Of a stretch of DNA of 64,000 nucleotides, positions 36,441 to 45,956 are shown piece by piece. The translations under genes were made by a program, and so were the position numbers. Source of the DNA: a virus (Duplodnaviria > Heunggongvirae > Uroviricota > Caudoviricetes); IMG/VR virus record IMGVR_UViG_3300031088_000793, one strand, 5' to 3'. Under the pieces are notes generated by a model, which worked only from the letters and a program-made list of their open reading frames with translations, was not told where the DNA came from and made no database searches. The stretch's first letter is position 1. Each line of letters opens with the position of its first letter.

Positions 36441-36742
36441 GGCGAATCTCCTGTTTCAATCGTGGTCTGTGGAGCGACGGTATCTTCATCGTCGCGTAAC
36501 AGTGGTTCGCCACGGTCGTGCTCAGCGTTTGCCCTTCACATGATGCTCACAAGAGGCATACATGGATCCGTTACATCAGCCCAGAGCACAGCGAAGAGTA
36601 CTCCGGACGCTCAGTGCAGCTCTAAGGCGCCGAAGGCCCGAGATCCGACGATGACACGGGAAAGCCCCCGAGGGCTGTCTAGGGGCGCCTCGAGGGCTTA
36701 GGCACGGCCTCTGAGCCGAAGCTGGTGCTCGGCTTGCGAGGA

Positions 36743-37153
36743 TCAGCCTACGGCCACCAGTCTCTTCTGGAGATCGTCTCGCTCACTGTTGAGCGCACGG
36801 AAGAGCTTGGAGCTGTGGGCGTCATGCCGGGATCTGCCGGCCTTGCTGTAGCTGACCACGAGCTGGTCCATGGCCAGCTCGATGCGGCGGATCTCATCGA
36901 CCATCTCCAGCGCGCTTCTCACTGTCTCGCCAGTCAGTGGGGTACTGTCGGCTGAGCCCACGAGCTCGAAGTACGCCCAGAAGGACTTCTCGGGGAAGCG
37001 TGAGCCGCTGGACCAGCCCTGGATGGTCACCCAGCCATTGGACACAGACTGCACGGTCCAGACGGCTGGGCCACCTGCTCTGTAGCGCACCGAAAGCCCC
37101 GCATAGACGGCCGGAGCTTCGACGGCCTGTGGCTCGGCGCTAATTTCGATCAT
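36743..37153 (-). CDS. family C protein (small beta-barrel plus C-terminal coiled helix) 1/3
   Basis: G..VR...TV.SV...FW.YFE and SS..F.AL...R..L...LVA.G. Confidence 0.75.
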   Translation of the reverse strand: MIEISAEPQAVEAPAVYAGLSVRYRAGGPAVWTVQSVSNGWVTIQGWSSGSRFPEKSFWAYFELVGSADSTPLTGETVRSALEMVDEIRRIELAMDQLVVSYSKAGRSRHDAHSSKLFRALNSERDDLQKRLVAVG

Positions 37154-37198
37154 GGGGCATGCCTTTCGGACTGTGAACAGATAAAATTAGTCTGTGGC

Positions 37199-37804
37199 TC
37201 AGCCCAGGGCGACGAGCTCTCGATGGAGCTCGGCCCTTCGAGCGACCAGGGTCTGGAAGGCCCTAGAGCTGTGGGGATCAAGCTTCTCCTCAGAGAGGCT
37301 GTGGGCGGTGGAGAGCTCACTGATGAGCCTGTCGATCAGGGCGAGCTGTGAGCCGATCTCCAGGAGCACGCTGAGCTCAACCGGCTCCGCTGGGGGCTTC
37401 GGAGGCTCCGGCTCAGGCATGAGCTCGAAGATCGTCCAGAACAGGTCGACAACGATGGGTGGCTCACCCAGAACGGTGACTGCGTTGCCCTCGACCGCTA
37501 CGATGGGATTCTCTGAGATTCTCCCCTGGCGCCGAGCGATGAGCCCGGGATAGAGCGTGGGCCTGTGCTCGGAGCTCAGCGCCGCTCTCAGCTCGAGGGG
37601 CTCGTAGCACTCCCAGAAGCGCTTCAGGGTCACAGTGTAGTCGGCGCTCCACTTAGTGCTGAGCCGAACCTTCTTGGAATCCACCGAGAGCACGGTGAAG
37701 ACCGCATCCCTGTCGTCGCTTCGAGGGGCGACTCTGAGCCCAGTCTGAATTGCTGGCAGAGCTGGCTCCAGCTCGGGAGTGGGGGATTCAGCAAAGTCGA
37801 TCAC
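37199..37804 (-). CDS. family C protein 2/3 (two barrel repeats)
   Basis: Same motifs. Confidence 0.75.
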   Translation of the reverse strand: MIDFAESPTPELEPALPAIQTGLRVAPRSDDRDAVFTVLSVDSKKVRLSTKWSADYTVTLKRFWECYEPLELRAALSSEHRPTLYPGLIARRQGRISENPIVAVEGNAVTVLGEPPIVVDLFWTIFELMPEPEPPKPPAEPVELSVLLEIGSQLALIDRLISELSTAHSLSEEKLDPHSSRAFQTLVARRAELHRELVALG

Positions 37805-37850
37805 GGGGAGTGCCTTTCAGACTGTGGACAGATGGAGCTAGAGACTGGGC

Positions 37851-38399
37851 TCAGCCCAGGGCTACGAGCTCCCGGCGCAGCTCTCCGCGGCGAGCACTCA
37901 GTGCAGCGAAGAGCTTCGAGCTCCAGGCTTCCTCAGATCCCTGGACGGTGTTGCCGTAGCCCACGAGGAGCTCGTCGATGATCTTAGAGATGCGAGTGAG
38001 CTCGTCGGCGAGCTCCAGGGAGCTCTTCACGAGCCCCTCCGAGGGATCCACGACATCGAAGTAGTCCCAGAATTGCGACCGACTGAAGCGACTAACCCAG
38101 CCCTCATCCGGGATACCGGCAGAGACAGAGCCGCGCTCCAGAGCCGTGACCGTGTGGATTCGGCCGTTCTGCTTGAGCCGAACACGCATTCCCACGGCGA
38201 TGAGCTGATCGGCAGGAGTCGCAGCAGCCCCGGGCTGAACATCCTTCGGCTCGATGGCCCCGGTGCTGAAGTTGCCGCTGAGCTTCCTGTAGATAGCCCG
38301 CTGAGCCTCGACGAAGCCCTCCCGGTAGAGCTCGTGGCTGCTGCCCTCCGGCTGAAGCTGCAGGATGGCCTGGAGCTGGTCGTGGGTGAAGTCGTACAT
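37851..38399 (-). CDS. family C protein 3/3
   Basis: Same motifs. Confidence 0.75.
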   Translation of the reverse strand: MYDFTHDQLQAILQLQPEGSSHELYREGFVEAQRAIYRKLSGNFSTGAIEPKDVQPGAAATPADQLIAVGMRVRLKQNGRIHTVTALERGSVSAGIPDEGWVSRFSRSQFWDYFDVVDPSEGLVKSSLELADELTRISKIIDELLVGYGNTVQGSEEAWSSKLFAALSARRGELRRELVALG

Positions 38400-38401
38400 G
38401 C

Positions 38402-38548
38402 TCAGCGAGCCCTTCGAGCGATCCAGCGCTCAGCTCGGCGAAGCGCATGGCCCTTGGTGAAGCCCCAGACGAGCCGCATGACCTCGGAGCCCTTCTGCAC
38501 TCGAGCCGTGGGGTAGATCGTCTGGCTTCGGTATGCCTTCAGCTTCAT
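38402..38548 (-). CDS. small basic protein (48 aa, MKLKAYRSQ...)
   Basis: GGGAG RBS; fills the operon gap. Confidence 0.5.
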   Translation of the reverse strand: MKLKAYRSQTIYPTARVQKGSEVMRLVWGFTKGHALRRAERWIARRAR

Positions 38549-38563
38549 CTGAGATCTCCCTTC

Positions 38564-38725
38564 CTAGCGGTGGTACTGGCAGCTGTCAGCGGGTCGCTGG
38601 CAGAAGCGGAGCTTGCTCGCAGCGTCCTTCAGGGAGCGGATCCCCATGGACTTGTTGCACTTGCTGGGATCCGAGGATCGCAGGATGGACTTAGTGGAGA
38701 CCTTGGTCTTGGTCGAAGCAGTCAT
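38564..38725 (-). CDS. small Cys/His protein (53 aa), leaderless
   Basis: TTGCGC-17-TAGCAT-6-ATG (38732-38760); C...C-x5-C-x2-H. Confidence 0.6.
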   Translation of the reverse strand: MTASTKTKVSTKSILRSSDPSKCNKSMGIRSLKDAASKLRFCQRPADSCQYHR

Positions 38726-38808
38726 GGTTCAATGCTACACGAAGGAGCCCGGCAGCGCAACGGCTACCGGGCTCCTAGGGGTCAGTGGGCTTCGGGAAGC
38801 TCCGAGGC

Positions 38809-39105
38809 TCAGGCGACCTTGCTGAAGTCGCACCAGCCGAAGCCCCGGTAGACCTCGCCGCTCTTCAGCGCCTGAGCCAGGGCGGCCCGGTGGGTCGCTC
38901 GCGTCTCGTAGAACCGGTCGGCGCTGTCGAAGAGGCCCGAGCTGTAGGAGGACTGCGCGGCGGCGTTCATGGCGGCGGCGATGTCGCTGGTGCCGTTGCC
39001 GTAGAAGGTCTCCCTGTACTCGCCGTGGCAGACGAAGAGCTTCACGACGCTCATGGTCCGGGGCGCCTCGGCCGTGGGAACGGTGGTCTCAGTGGTGGTG
39101 TCCAT
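38809..39105 (-). CDS. hypothetical protein, leaderless
   Basis: TTGCAC-17-TAGGAT-6-ATG (39112-39140). Confidence 0.75.
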   Translation of the reverse strand: MDTTTETTVPTAEAPRTMSVVKLFVCHGEYRETFYGNGTSDIAAAMNAAAQSSYSSGLFDSADRFYETRATHRAALAQALKSGEVYRGFGWCDFSKVA

Positions 39106-39164
39106 GGGATGATCCTACGCCCGGAGACTCGGAAGTGCAACCCTCAGTTGAGGGATGCTTCGAG

Positions 39165-39428
39165 CTAGTCGGTGAAGTCGATGGGCTGGCCGGGGATGAC
39201 CTCGTGGATCCGACCCCAGGCGAAGCCTCCGTACTCGGGGTTGCCCTCGGGGTAGTAGATCAGCCCTGCCCACTCGAAGTCACCGAGCTCCTCGTCACTG
39301 TTGAGGCTGCTGACCTCCTGCTCGACGGCGAGCTTGAGGCCGTCGAGGTTGGAGTCCACGATGAGCTTTCCCTGGATGCCCTCAGCGAGGGGAGGGTTGA
39401 AGATCAGTGCTGCATAGAGGTCCGCCAT
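39165..39428 (-). CDS. hypothetical protein
   Basis: Operon context. Confidence 0.7.
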   Translation of the reverse strand: MADLYAALIFNPPLAEGIQGKLIVDSNLDGLKLAVEQEVSSLNSDEELGDFEWAGLIYYPEGNPEYGGFAWGRIHEVIPGQPIDFTD

Positions 39429-39432
39429 GGTC

Positions 39433-39810
39433 CTACTTCTTTCTCTTGGATGATGAGCTGGTGGAAGCTGTGGATGCTCTCCGAGGAGCGATGCGGCTCA
39501 GTTTGCTCCGGAGCCAGGAACCCCGGTCGAGCCGGGCCTGAGCCTGGGCGATGGTCCTGCGCTGCTGCGACTTCAGCGCCTCGTGACCCTCGAACCAGCG
39601 AGCGCTCTCAGCCGCCTCGATGCTGGCTGAGAGCTCCTCGATGGCCGCGATGACTCGGAGATCCCGGTTGCTGCCCCGGTCGAGGTAGAAGACCGATTCG
39701 AGGAGGCCTCGAGTCTCCCGGATGGGAGCCCCGTAGTAGCGGTGGTAGCTACGGACAGTTCGCCTGTAGAGAGCGCCTACCTGGTAGCCCCGGGGATCAC
39801 TGAGTGTCAT
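39433..39810 (-). CDS. hypothetical protein (HRYYG.PIRETRG paralog 1)
   Basis: Paralog of 39851..40210. Confidence 0.75.
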   Translation of the reverse strand: MTLSDPRGYQVGALYRRTVRSYHRYYGAPIRETRGLLESVFYLDRGSNRDLRVIAAIEELSASIEAAESARWFEGHEALKSQQRRTIAQAQARLDRGSWLRSKLSRIAPRRASTASTSSSSKRKK

Positions 39811-39850
39811 GGGTCGTCCTATGCTGTATGGATGCTGAGCTCAGCTGCTC

Positions 39851-40210
39851 TCAGCGACCGATCTCTCGGCTGGACTTCCCCCGAGAGAGCTCCGCGGTGC
39901 TGATCAGGGGCTTCCTGAGGGTCATCCGGCGCCAGCTGTTCCTGCGCCGGAGCTTGCGGTCGAGGGTTGCCTGGAGCTCAGCCCGCTCTCTGCGTTCGAT
40001 CTCAGCCTTGTGGGCCAGGACCTTCTCGCGGAGGAGCTCAATGGCGATGACAACATAGTGAGCCTCGGGACTGTTGTCGGTGATGTAGAAGGTTGACTGA
40101 CGGAAGCCCCTGGTCTCCCGGATAGGTACCCCGTAGTAGCGGTGGCGATCCCTGACCGCTTCGGTGTAGAGATCACCGATGAGGTAGACTTTGGGTTCGA
40201 TGAAGGTCAT
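39851..40210 (-). CDS. hypothetical protein (HRYYG.PIRETRG paralog 2), leaderless
   Basis: TTGCGC-17-TAGGAT-6-ATG (40217-40245). Confidence 0.75.
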   Translation of the reverse strand: MTFIEPKVYLIGDLYTEAVRDRHRYYGVPIRETRGFRQSTFYITDNSPEAHYVVIAIELLREKVLAHKAEIERRERAELQATLDRKLRRRNSWRRMTLRKPLISTAELSRGKSSREIGR

Positions 40211-40259
40211 AGCGCCATCCTATGTCATTGAAGCCTTCAGCGCAACCGTCCTGCTGAAC

Positions 40260-40643
40260 TCAGACTCCGTCCCACTGGCTGAGTCGATTGGCCACGATGC
40301 CATCGAGCTCCGCCGAGCTCAGTCCCGGAGTGAGAGCGACGGAGCGAGCCGAAGAGCCCCCGTTCTCGACGACATCCCAGTCCCGAGCATCGAGCTCTGC
40401 CTGAGTGGGTGCTGGAAGCCTGGCGGCGAGCTCGTCCACTCGCACATCGAACTCCTGGGGAAAGGGACTGTAGGGAGTAGCGGCGCTGTAGACTCTGGGG
40501 AGGCTTCGGGCCCAGGCGCCGTTGTCGGTGTAGAGAGTGAGCCAGGGCTCTTCAGCCTTCTCAAAGCCCTCGTTCCACATGGTGGTGTCTAGCCTGAGCT
40601 CGACTCGAAGAAGCTCTGCGGCTGTGCTGTCAGTGTGATCCAT
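40260..40643 (-). CDS. hypothetical protein
   Basis: Start refined to MDHTDS. Confidence 0.65.
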   Translation of the reverse strand: MDHTDSTAAELLRVELRLDTTMWNEGFEKAEEPWLTLYTDNGAWARSLPRVYSAATPYSPFPQEFDVRVDELAARLPAPTQAELDARDWDVVENGGSSARSVALTPGLSSAELDGIVANRLSQWDGV

Positions 40644-40705
40644 GGCTGTTGTCCTAAGGGCGTCTGTCGATGGCTGTCTGGCCTGGTTTGGGCTGCGCTG
40701 CGAGC

Positions 40706-41035
40706 CTAGAAGCGGTTCTCCCACTCCATCCAAGCGTGCTCGTCTTCCAGGGAGTACTCCTCAGCGAACTTCTGGAGCTGCGCGAGCGCTTCGGGGCTCG
40801 GATTCCTTCCGGCGCCCCGGGCCACGAGGTGGACCAGCCCCTCTATGGTGGAGTCTCCGCCGAGCTTGGCCTCCAGGAGGTCGTAGTCCTTCTGGATGAG
40901 CGCTTCGAAGTCCTCGAAGAGGGAGGAGTAGTCCCTCAGCGTAGTGCTCCAGACGGGGCCCTGGCCGTAGCCGTAGGTGTAGATGTCCCCTAGATCAAAG
41001 CCGTAGCCTTCGTCTCTTTCGATGTCGTAGCCCAT
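40706..41035 (-). CDS. acidic hypothetical protein
   Basis: AAGGAG RBS. Confidence 0.7.
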   Translation of the reverse strand: MGYDIERDEGYGFDLGDIYTYGYGQGPVWSTTLRDYSSLFEDFEALIQKDYDLLEAKLGGDSTIEGLVHLVARGAGRNPSPEALAQLQKFAEEYSLEDEHAWMEWENRF

Positions 41036-41106
41036 GGGGTCTCCTTCGTGGTTGGACAGCCAGACTGCCGTTCGGTGTTCGCCGGTCTAGTGGCCGACTG
41101 AATTGT

Positions 41107-41496
41107 TCAGTACTTGCCCGAGAGTAGCCGCTTGAGCCTCTGGGCGTCGATGAGATTGCCCCGATCTGTCTGAGCATAGTGGATGCAGCGCTCGAGGAGA
41201 TCCCGGGGAACCTCCACAGTGTCAGCACTGCTCTCACTGGGCTTAGTCCGAGTCTCTCCAGGGAGTCTCAGGGTCACGGGATACCAGTTCTCGTTGCCGA
41301 AGGCGTACTCGAGGCTCCCCGTTCCAGCAGTGGCCTGAGTGAGCGCGTAGCGAGCCTGCTGAAGCTCGATCTTCTCCTGCCGGACGAGGAGAGTGAGCGC
41401 CTTGTCCTTCCAGATCACTCCACCCTCCTTGCGAACGAGCTCGACCAGCTTCCGGGCCAGCTCATCCACGGAGGGAGAAGGCGGTAGAACGCTCAT
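41107..41496 (-). CDS. possible winged-helix protein, paralog 1
   Basis: VR.EGGV.W.DKA...VRQE...GNE.WYP.TLRL shared with the next gene. Confidence 0.7.
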   Translation of the reverse strand: MSVLPPSPSVDELARKLVELVRKEGGVIWKDKALTLLVRQEKIELQQARYALTQATAGTGSLEYAFGNENWYPVTLRLPGETRTKPSESSADTVEVPRDLLERCIHYAQTDRGNLIDAQRLKRLLSGKY

Positions 41497-41804
41497 CGTT
41501 GCTCATCCCCTTCGGCGCCTCGAGGCTCTTCGGGCTTCCTTCGAGTCTCTCCAGTCAGCCTCAGAGTGCTCGGATACCAGCTCTCATTGCCCAGGACTCG
41601 CTCAAGGCCGCTTTGCTCAGGCCTCAACAGGGCGGAGCTGATGGCGGCCCGGGTCCTCAGAGCGCCGACTCCTTCCTGACGGACGACGAAGACGATTGCC
41701 TTGTCCAGCCACATCACTCCACCCTCCCGGCGGACTACCTCGATGGCTGCTGCGATGATCTCATCGGCTGTGAGCGGATTCTCGGGGGATCTGACGAACT
41801 TCAT
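41493..41804 (-). CDS. possible winged-helix protein, paralog 2
   Basis: Start refined to MKFVRS (ATGA overlap). Confidence 0.7.
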   Translation of the reverse strand: MKFVRSPENPLTADEIIAAAIEVVRREGGVMWLDKAIVFVVRQEGVGALRTRAAISSALLRPEQSGLERVLGNESWYPSTLRLTGETRRKPEEPRGAEGDEQR

Positions 41805-42475
41805 CGAGCTGTCCTCTCGCTTCCAGGAGCCCAGTACTTCGGAGTGACGCCTCGAGCCATGGAGATCCTGCGGTTCAGGTTCCAATCCTTCAGGGGCTGG
41901 ACGAAGAGCTTCCGGCGCTCTAGCCGCAGCGAGTAGAGCACACTGTTGACCTTCTGACCCCAGCTGTAGTTCCGGAGCTTCCGGCGCAGCTTGCCTCGCA
42001 GCTTCGCGCGACGAGAGACGGGCTTGTTGTGCTCAGCTACGCTGTAGGGGCCGGAGTACTCGATGGCCCGGCTGTGCTCGTAGTCCTTGCGCTCGAGGAA
42101 GATCTCAGGCACGGTGTAGCTGCCGTCGGGGTTGGCCCAGGCACCCTTCTTTGAGCGGAGGTATCCCTCTTCGGTAGAGGGCTTCCAGCCTTGGAGCCAG
42201 GCTGAGGGAGCATGGGTCTTGGTCCGATCGTGCCAGGAGAGCTCGAGTTCCTGAGCGCCCTTGCTGTAGTAGCGGAGGAGGTCCCAGATCTTAACCTGGT
42301 TCTCAGCGACATCGGGATAGGGTAGCTCAGCGTAGCCGGGGACAGCGACTTCGAGCTGGTACTGGTACTCGTCGCCCCGCTTCCTCCAGTAGTCACCCTC
42401 CATGTGGCCGTAGTAGTGATACTCGACCTCCCAGCCATCCTCGGCCATCTCCTCGACCCAGTTCCTTTCAGCCAT
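41801..42475 (-). CDS. Trp/Tyr-rich hypothetical protein
   Basis: Start refined to MAERNW. Confidence 0.7.
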   Translation of the reverse strand: MAERNWVEEMAEDGWEVEYHYYGHMEGDYWRKRGDEYQYQLEVAVPGYAELPYPDVAENQVKIWDLLRYYSKGAQELELSWHDRTKTHAPSAWLQGWKPSTEEGYLRSKKGAWANPDGSYTVPEIFLERKDYEHSRAIEYSGPYSVAEHNKPVSRRAKLRGKLRRKLRNYSWGQKVNSVLYSLRLERRKLFVQPLKDWNLNRRISMARGVTPKYWAPGSERTAR

Positions 42476-42770
42476 CGTTGTTCTCCCCTGCTGTCGAAGG
42501 AGTGGGCTCACCCAGAGTGAGACTCATGTCCGGCTTGAGCTCGATCTCACCCCGGTCGAGGAGAATCCACATGGCCTCCCGGACGATGGACTCAGAGTAG
42601 CCCGGCACCATGCTGAGGTAGGGGTGGAGCATCCGGGGAGTGGTGTCCCCCTGGGTTCGAAGCACCCAGAGCACATCCTCAGTGAACTTCTGAGCGAGCT
42701 CCTTCTCCCTGCGGTACGCTGCCTGCCCCTGGGGCGTAACGAATCCTCCGGTATCAGTCATCGGCTGCAC
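42468..42770 (-). CDS. possible winged-helix protein
   Basis: S...VREAMW.LLDRGEI.L motif. Confidence 0.6.
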   Translation of the reverse strand: MQPMTDTGGFVTPQGQAAYRREKELAQKFTEDVLWVLRTQGDTTPRMLHPYLSMVPGYSESIVREAMWILLDRGEIELKPDMSLTLGEPTPSTAGENNDG

Positions 42771-43128
42771 TCTCCCTTTCCCAGCTAGCTACGAACACTG
42801 CCGAGACTGGATCCACAGTCAGCGGCCTTCCGATGGTCCTATCGACCACCATGAGCTCGACGAAGAAAGTAGCACCATCCTCTGAGACGGCGAGGAACTC
42901 CTCAAACTGCTCCCTGGTGATCCCATCGAGATCGACGCTCGCACTGAGGAACACGCCGTTGGTTCCCCAGAGCGACTTGAGCTCAACTACCTCGATCCTC
43001 CAGTGATCCCGCCAGCGATCCAGTTCGATCCTAGCTTCGAAGCGCGCATCGGCAGGAGTTCCGTCGAGGAGCGTCTGCAGCTCATCTCGAGTCACCTCTT
43101 CGAGATCGAGTTTGGTCTGAATGAGCAT
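42754..43128 (-). CDS. hypothetical protein; paralog of 33750..34103
   Basis: See 33750..34103. Confidence 0.7.
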   Translation of the reverse strand: MLIQTKLDLEEVTRDELQTLLDGTPADARFEARIELDRWRDHWRIEVVELKSLWGTNGVFLSASVDLDGITREQFEEFLAVSEDGATFFVELMVVDRTIGRPLTVDPVSAVFVASWERESAADD

Positions 43129-43182
43129 GGGATCCTTCTCTCTGGAGCTTCCTTTGGCGCTACCTTACCGTGAGCGCTCGGA

Positions 43183-44205
43183 CTACTTCTCTTCGCTGGG
43201 ATCCACAGCGATCCAGGGGCCGGGGTTGCCCTTGGCTCGCTTCCAGAGGCTGTAGGTGAGCCTGGAGTCGAAGCGGCGAGTCTCAGTCTCGGGATCGTAG
43301 CCGTTGCCCTCGTCCTCCTCGGCCTGGTACCTCCTGATGAGTCCCTCGGCCTCAGCCCGGTCATAGCAGGCGAGCCACTCGTACTCCTCGCCGCTGTCGA
43401 AGAAGGAGCGCCAGCCGTACTCGAAGTCGGGCTCACTCTCGGTCATCTTCTTGGCGGCCATCTTGATCTCGATGATGGCCCGGGCAGCGAAGAACCCTCG
43501 CTTGAACTCGTAGGAGGTGTCGTCACCGGGCTCAACGGCGAGGACCTCTCGATCCAGCGAAGCGTAGAGCTCTGCGTAGCCATCGCTGTACTTCTCGGGA
43601 ACCTCGGCTGAGGCCACGGTGCTATCGTAGGCCGCGGCGAGGTCCTTGATCCACTGAGCGGTGGCAAGGCCCCGCTCGGCATCGTCCTTGACCTGCTCAG
43701 CTGCCGCAGCGATCTGCTCTTCCCGGCTGGTCCGCTTCGGCTCGACCTTCGAAGCTGCAGCGATCCGCGGCTCGAGCTCTGCGTCCCTGCCCGGAAGCTC
43801 AGAGGCGTCGAGCTCTAGCACATGGGTGAGGTCATTTGCCACCAGCTGGGGATCCCAGGGTGAGTCTCCCGACTCCCGGAGCATGTCCCGGTACTGCTCG
43901 AGGAAGTCCAGCCGAGCCTCAGCATCGCTGGTCCGCTCGATCTGAGCCTCGAGGAGGGGAGCGAAGAGATCCCAGGCCTCGTCGAAGCCGATGTGGCGGC
44001 CCAGGAGCCGGGCTTCGGTACCTCCGAGGTTGGCTGTGGCCTCCTCGTAGGCATCCCAGGCGCGCTGTCGGCCGAGGCTCAGCACTGTGGCTGCGATCTT
44101 GTCGGGTTCGCCGTAGTACTCAGCGATGCCCTTCTCTCCGAGCTCCCGGTCGAGGAACCTCTGGGCCCGGTCGATGCCATCCTCGGGTGCGTTCACTGTG
44201 GCCAT
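43183..44205 (-). CDS. hypothetical protein
   Basis: Start refined to MATVNAP (GAGG RBS). Confidence 0.75.
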   Translation of the reverse strand: MATVNAPEDGIDRAQRFLDRELGEKGIAEYYGEPDKIAATVLSLGRQRAWDAYEEATANLGGTEARLLGRHIGFDEAWDLFAPLLEAQIERTSDAEARLDFLEQYRDMLRESGDSPWDPQLVANDLTHVLELDASELPGRDAELEPRIAAASKVEPKRTSREEQIAAAAEQVKDDAERGLATAQWIKDLAAAYDSTVASAEVPEKYSDGYAELYASLDREVLAVEPGDDTSYEFKRGFFAARAIIEIKMAAKKMTESEPDFEYGWRSFFDSGEEYEWLACYDRAEAEGLIRRYQAEEDEGNGYDPETETRRFDSRLTYSLWKRAKGNPGPWIAVDPSEEK

Positions 44206-44209
44206 GGTG

Positions 44210-44665
44210 CTACCTCTTCCTGGTTTTCTTAGTCTTCTCGGTCTGCTTAGAGCCGAACCTCTGCTCGTAGAGGTCGCGGATGTTCTGTGCGAGCTCGCGC
44301 TCCCGGTCACTGATGGGATCCGCGATTCCCTCAGCGATGCGCCCAGCAAGCGCGCTCTTCCCTGAGATGGAGCTCCTGGATGAAGCTGGCCAGCGGCGTT
44401 GGGACTCATCCTGACCGTAGAGCTCGGGACTCACCGGAGATCCCCTCCGCACCTGCATCACTCGGAGGCAGCCCCGGCAGCAATCCGACTCCTGGATGAG
44501 GTCCGTGCGAGGCTCCAGGTCGTAGAAGCGCTCACTGGGAGCGGCGCTGTAGCCTCCACAGAGCGAGACCCCTCTGGGAGCTGGGAAGTAGTGGAGCCAA
44601 CCCGGGTACTCCTCAGGCTGAATCCAGCCGGGAAAGGTCTCAGCTCGGCTTCCGAAGTCGATCAC
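44210..44665 (-). CDS. hypothetical protein with putative Zn ribbon
   Basis: H-x8-LCG...CRGC. Confidence 0.65.
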   Translation of the reverse strand: MIDFGSRAETFPGWIQPEEYPGWLHYFPAPRGVSLCGGYSAAPSERFYDLEPRTDLIQESDCCRGCLRVMQVRRGSPVSPELYGQDESQRRWPASSRSSISGKSALAGRIAEGIADPISDRERELAQNIRDLYEQRFGSKQTEKTKKTRKR

Positions 44666-45033
44666 GGGCTGCTCTCGGTGCTCACAGGTCTGAAGTCACC
44701 GTCGAAGATGATCTCCTTCACGCCGAGCATCTCGTGCTCGAAGATCGTGTCCTCGATGGATGCTCGCCAGTGCTGCCGGGTCCAGCGAAGCCCGAGATCC
44801 CGGGACTTGAGCTGCTCTCGCTCCTGGTAGACTGTGTAGATCCTCGAGTCCTCGGGCGTCGGGATGTGGGGAGCTGAGATCAGGGGTGCTGGCCAGTGGC
44901 CACCCTCCCCGTCGGCATGCCAGAGGCTGTCGGGCTCACAGTCGGCAGAACCGGGCTCTACTACCCCGTGTTCGTCGGGAAGGAGCGTGCAGCCGTAGAC
45001 GGGGCACTCCTCCTGCTCAGTGAGCTCAGCCAT
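44662..45033 (-). CDS. Cys/His protein, paralog 1
   Basis: CP..GCTL..DEH...WH shared with 45026..45271. Confidence 0.7.
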   Translation of the reverse strand: MAELTEQEECPVYGCTLLPDEHGVVEPGSADCEPDSLWHADGEGGHWPAPLISAPHIPTPEDSRIYTVYQEREQLKSRDLGLRWTRQHWRASIEDTIFEHEMLGVKEIIFDGDFRPVSTESSP

Positions 45034-45271
45034 GGCTGCGTTCCCTTCCGTGCTGCGAGATCTGCGGGGGACCTTCGAGGTCCTCGATGAGGCTGCTGAG
45101 GCTTCGGCTGTCGGGACCGGGCCAGCTCACCAGCGCGAGCTCATCCCAGTGCCAGACTCTATGCTCCGGCCGATCAGCGGGAAGGCTGTCCACTCCCTGG
45201 TGCTCGTCGAGGAAGAGAGTGCAGCCGATGCTGGGGCAGAGCTCGGCTTCAGTGCGATCAGATTCTGCCAT
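45026..45271 (-). CDS. Cys/His protein, paralog 2, leaderless
   Basis: TTGCGC-17-TAGGAT-7-ATG (45279-45307). Confidence 0.7.
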   Translation of the reverse strand: MAESDRTEAELCPSIGCTLFLDEHQGVDSLPADRPEHRVWHWDELALVSWPGPDSRSLSSLIEDLEGPPQISQHGRERSHG

Positions 45272-45313
45272 GGGGACTATCCTATACCATAGGGAGCAAA
45301 GGCGCAACGCAGC

Positions 45314-45913
45314 CTATGTGTTGAGCTCTTCGAACTTCCGGGGAGGGCCTGAAAGGAGAGCCTCCTGAGGAACTGTGGCCTTGCTCTGGAGCTGAGCTAG
45401 AGCTCCAATCTCCTGCGCTGCGAGCTCGCTCTGGAGCTGGCTCAAGAGCTCATCGTTGACCTCAGTACCATAGTGGGCCGAGGCCCAGCTCCGGAGCCTC
45501 TCTCTGCGAGCCTGGGTGATCTGAGCTGCTAGCTTCTTGACGACTTTCGGCATTGGGGTCAAATCCCTGATGAGAATTCCAAGCGGCACCATCGTCATCG
45601 CACCGGTTACCCCGCTAATGTAGATGCCCTTGTCGACGGTGACGAGCCCTACGAATACGACCACGACGGATCCGATGCCCAGACCGAGGGCACTGAAAGT
45701 CGCGCCTCTGAATACCGTCTCGACGGGGCTGAAGCGAGGATTGACTAGGCCCCGCTCAGCAAGATAGGCTCGAGCGATAGCCCGATCTCCTCGCACTTCC
45801 TCAGTCCGATTAGCCACATCCCGGGGAAGGCCCTGAGCATCGAACTGTAGCTCGGGCTCGAGCTCTGCCGGAAGTGCCGTCAGCTGCTGGAGTTCTTTGG
45901 ACCTCTTGGCCAT
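45314..45913 (-). CDS. two-TM membrane protein
   Basis: Two central hydrophobic helices. Confidence 0.7.
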   Translation of the reverse strand: MAKRSKELQQLTALPAELEPELQFDAQGLPRDVANRTEEVRGDRAIARAYLAERGLVNPRFSPVETVFRGATFSALGLGIGSVVVVFVGLVTVDKGIYISGVTGAMTMVPLGILIRDLTPMPKVVKKLAAQITQARRERLRSWASAHYGTEVNDELLSQLQSELAAQEIGALAQLQSKATVPQEALLSGPPRKFEELNT

Positions 45914-45956
45914 GGTCTATTCCTATCTGTGGATTGCTCGAGGCTACGGTGCCGAA

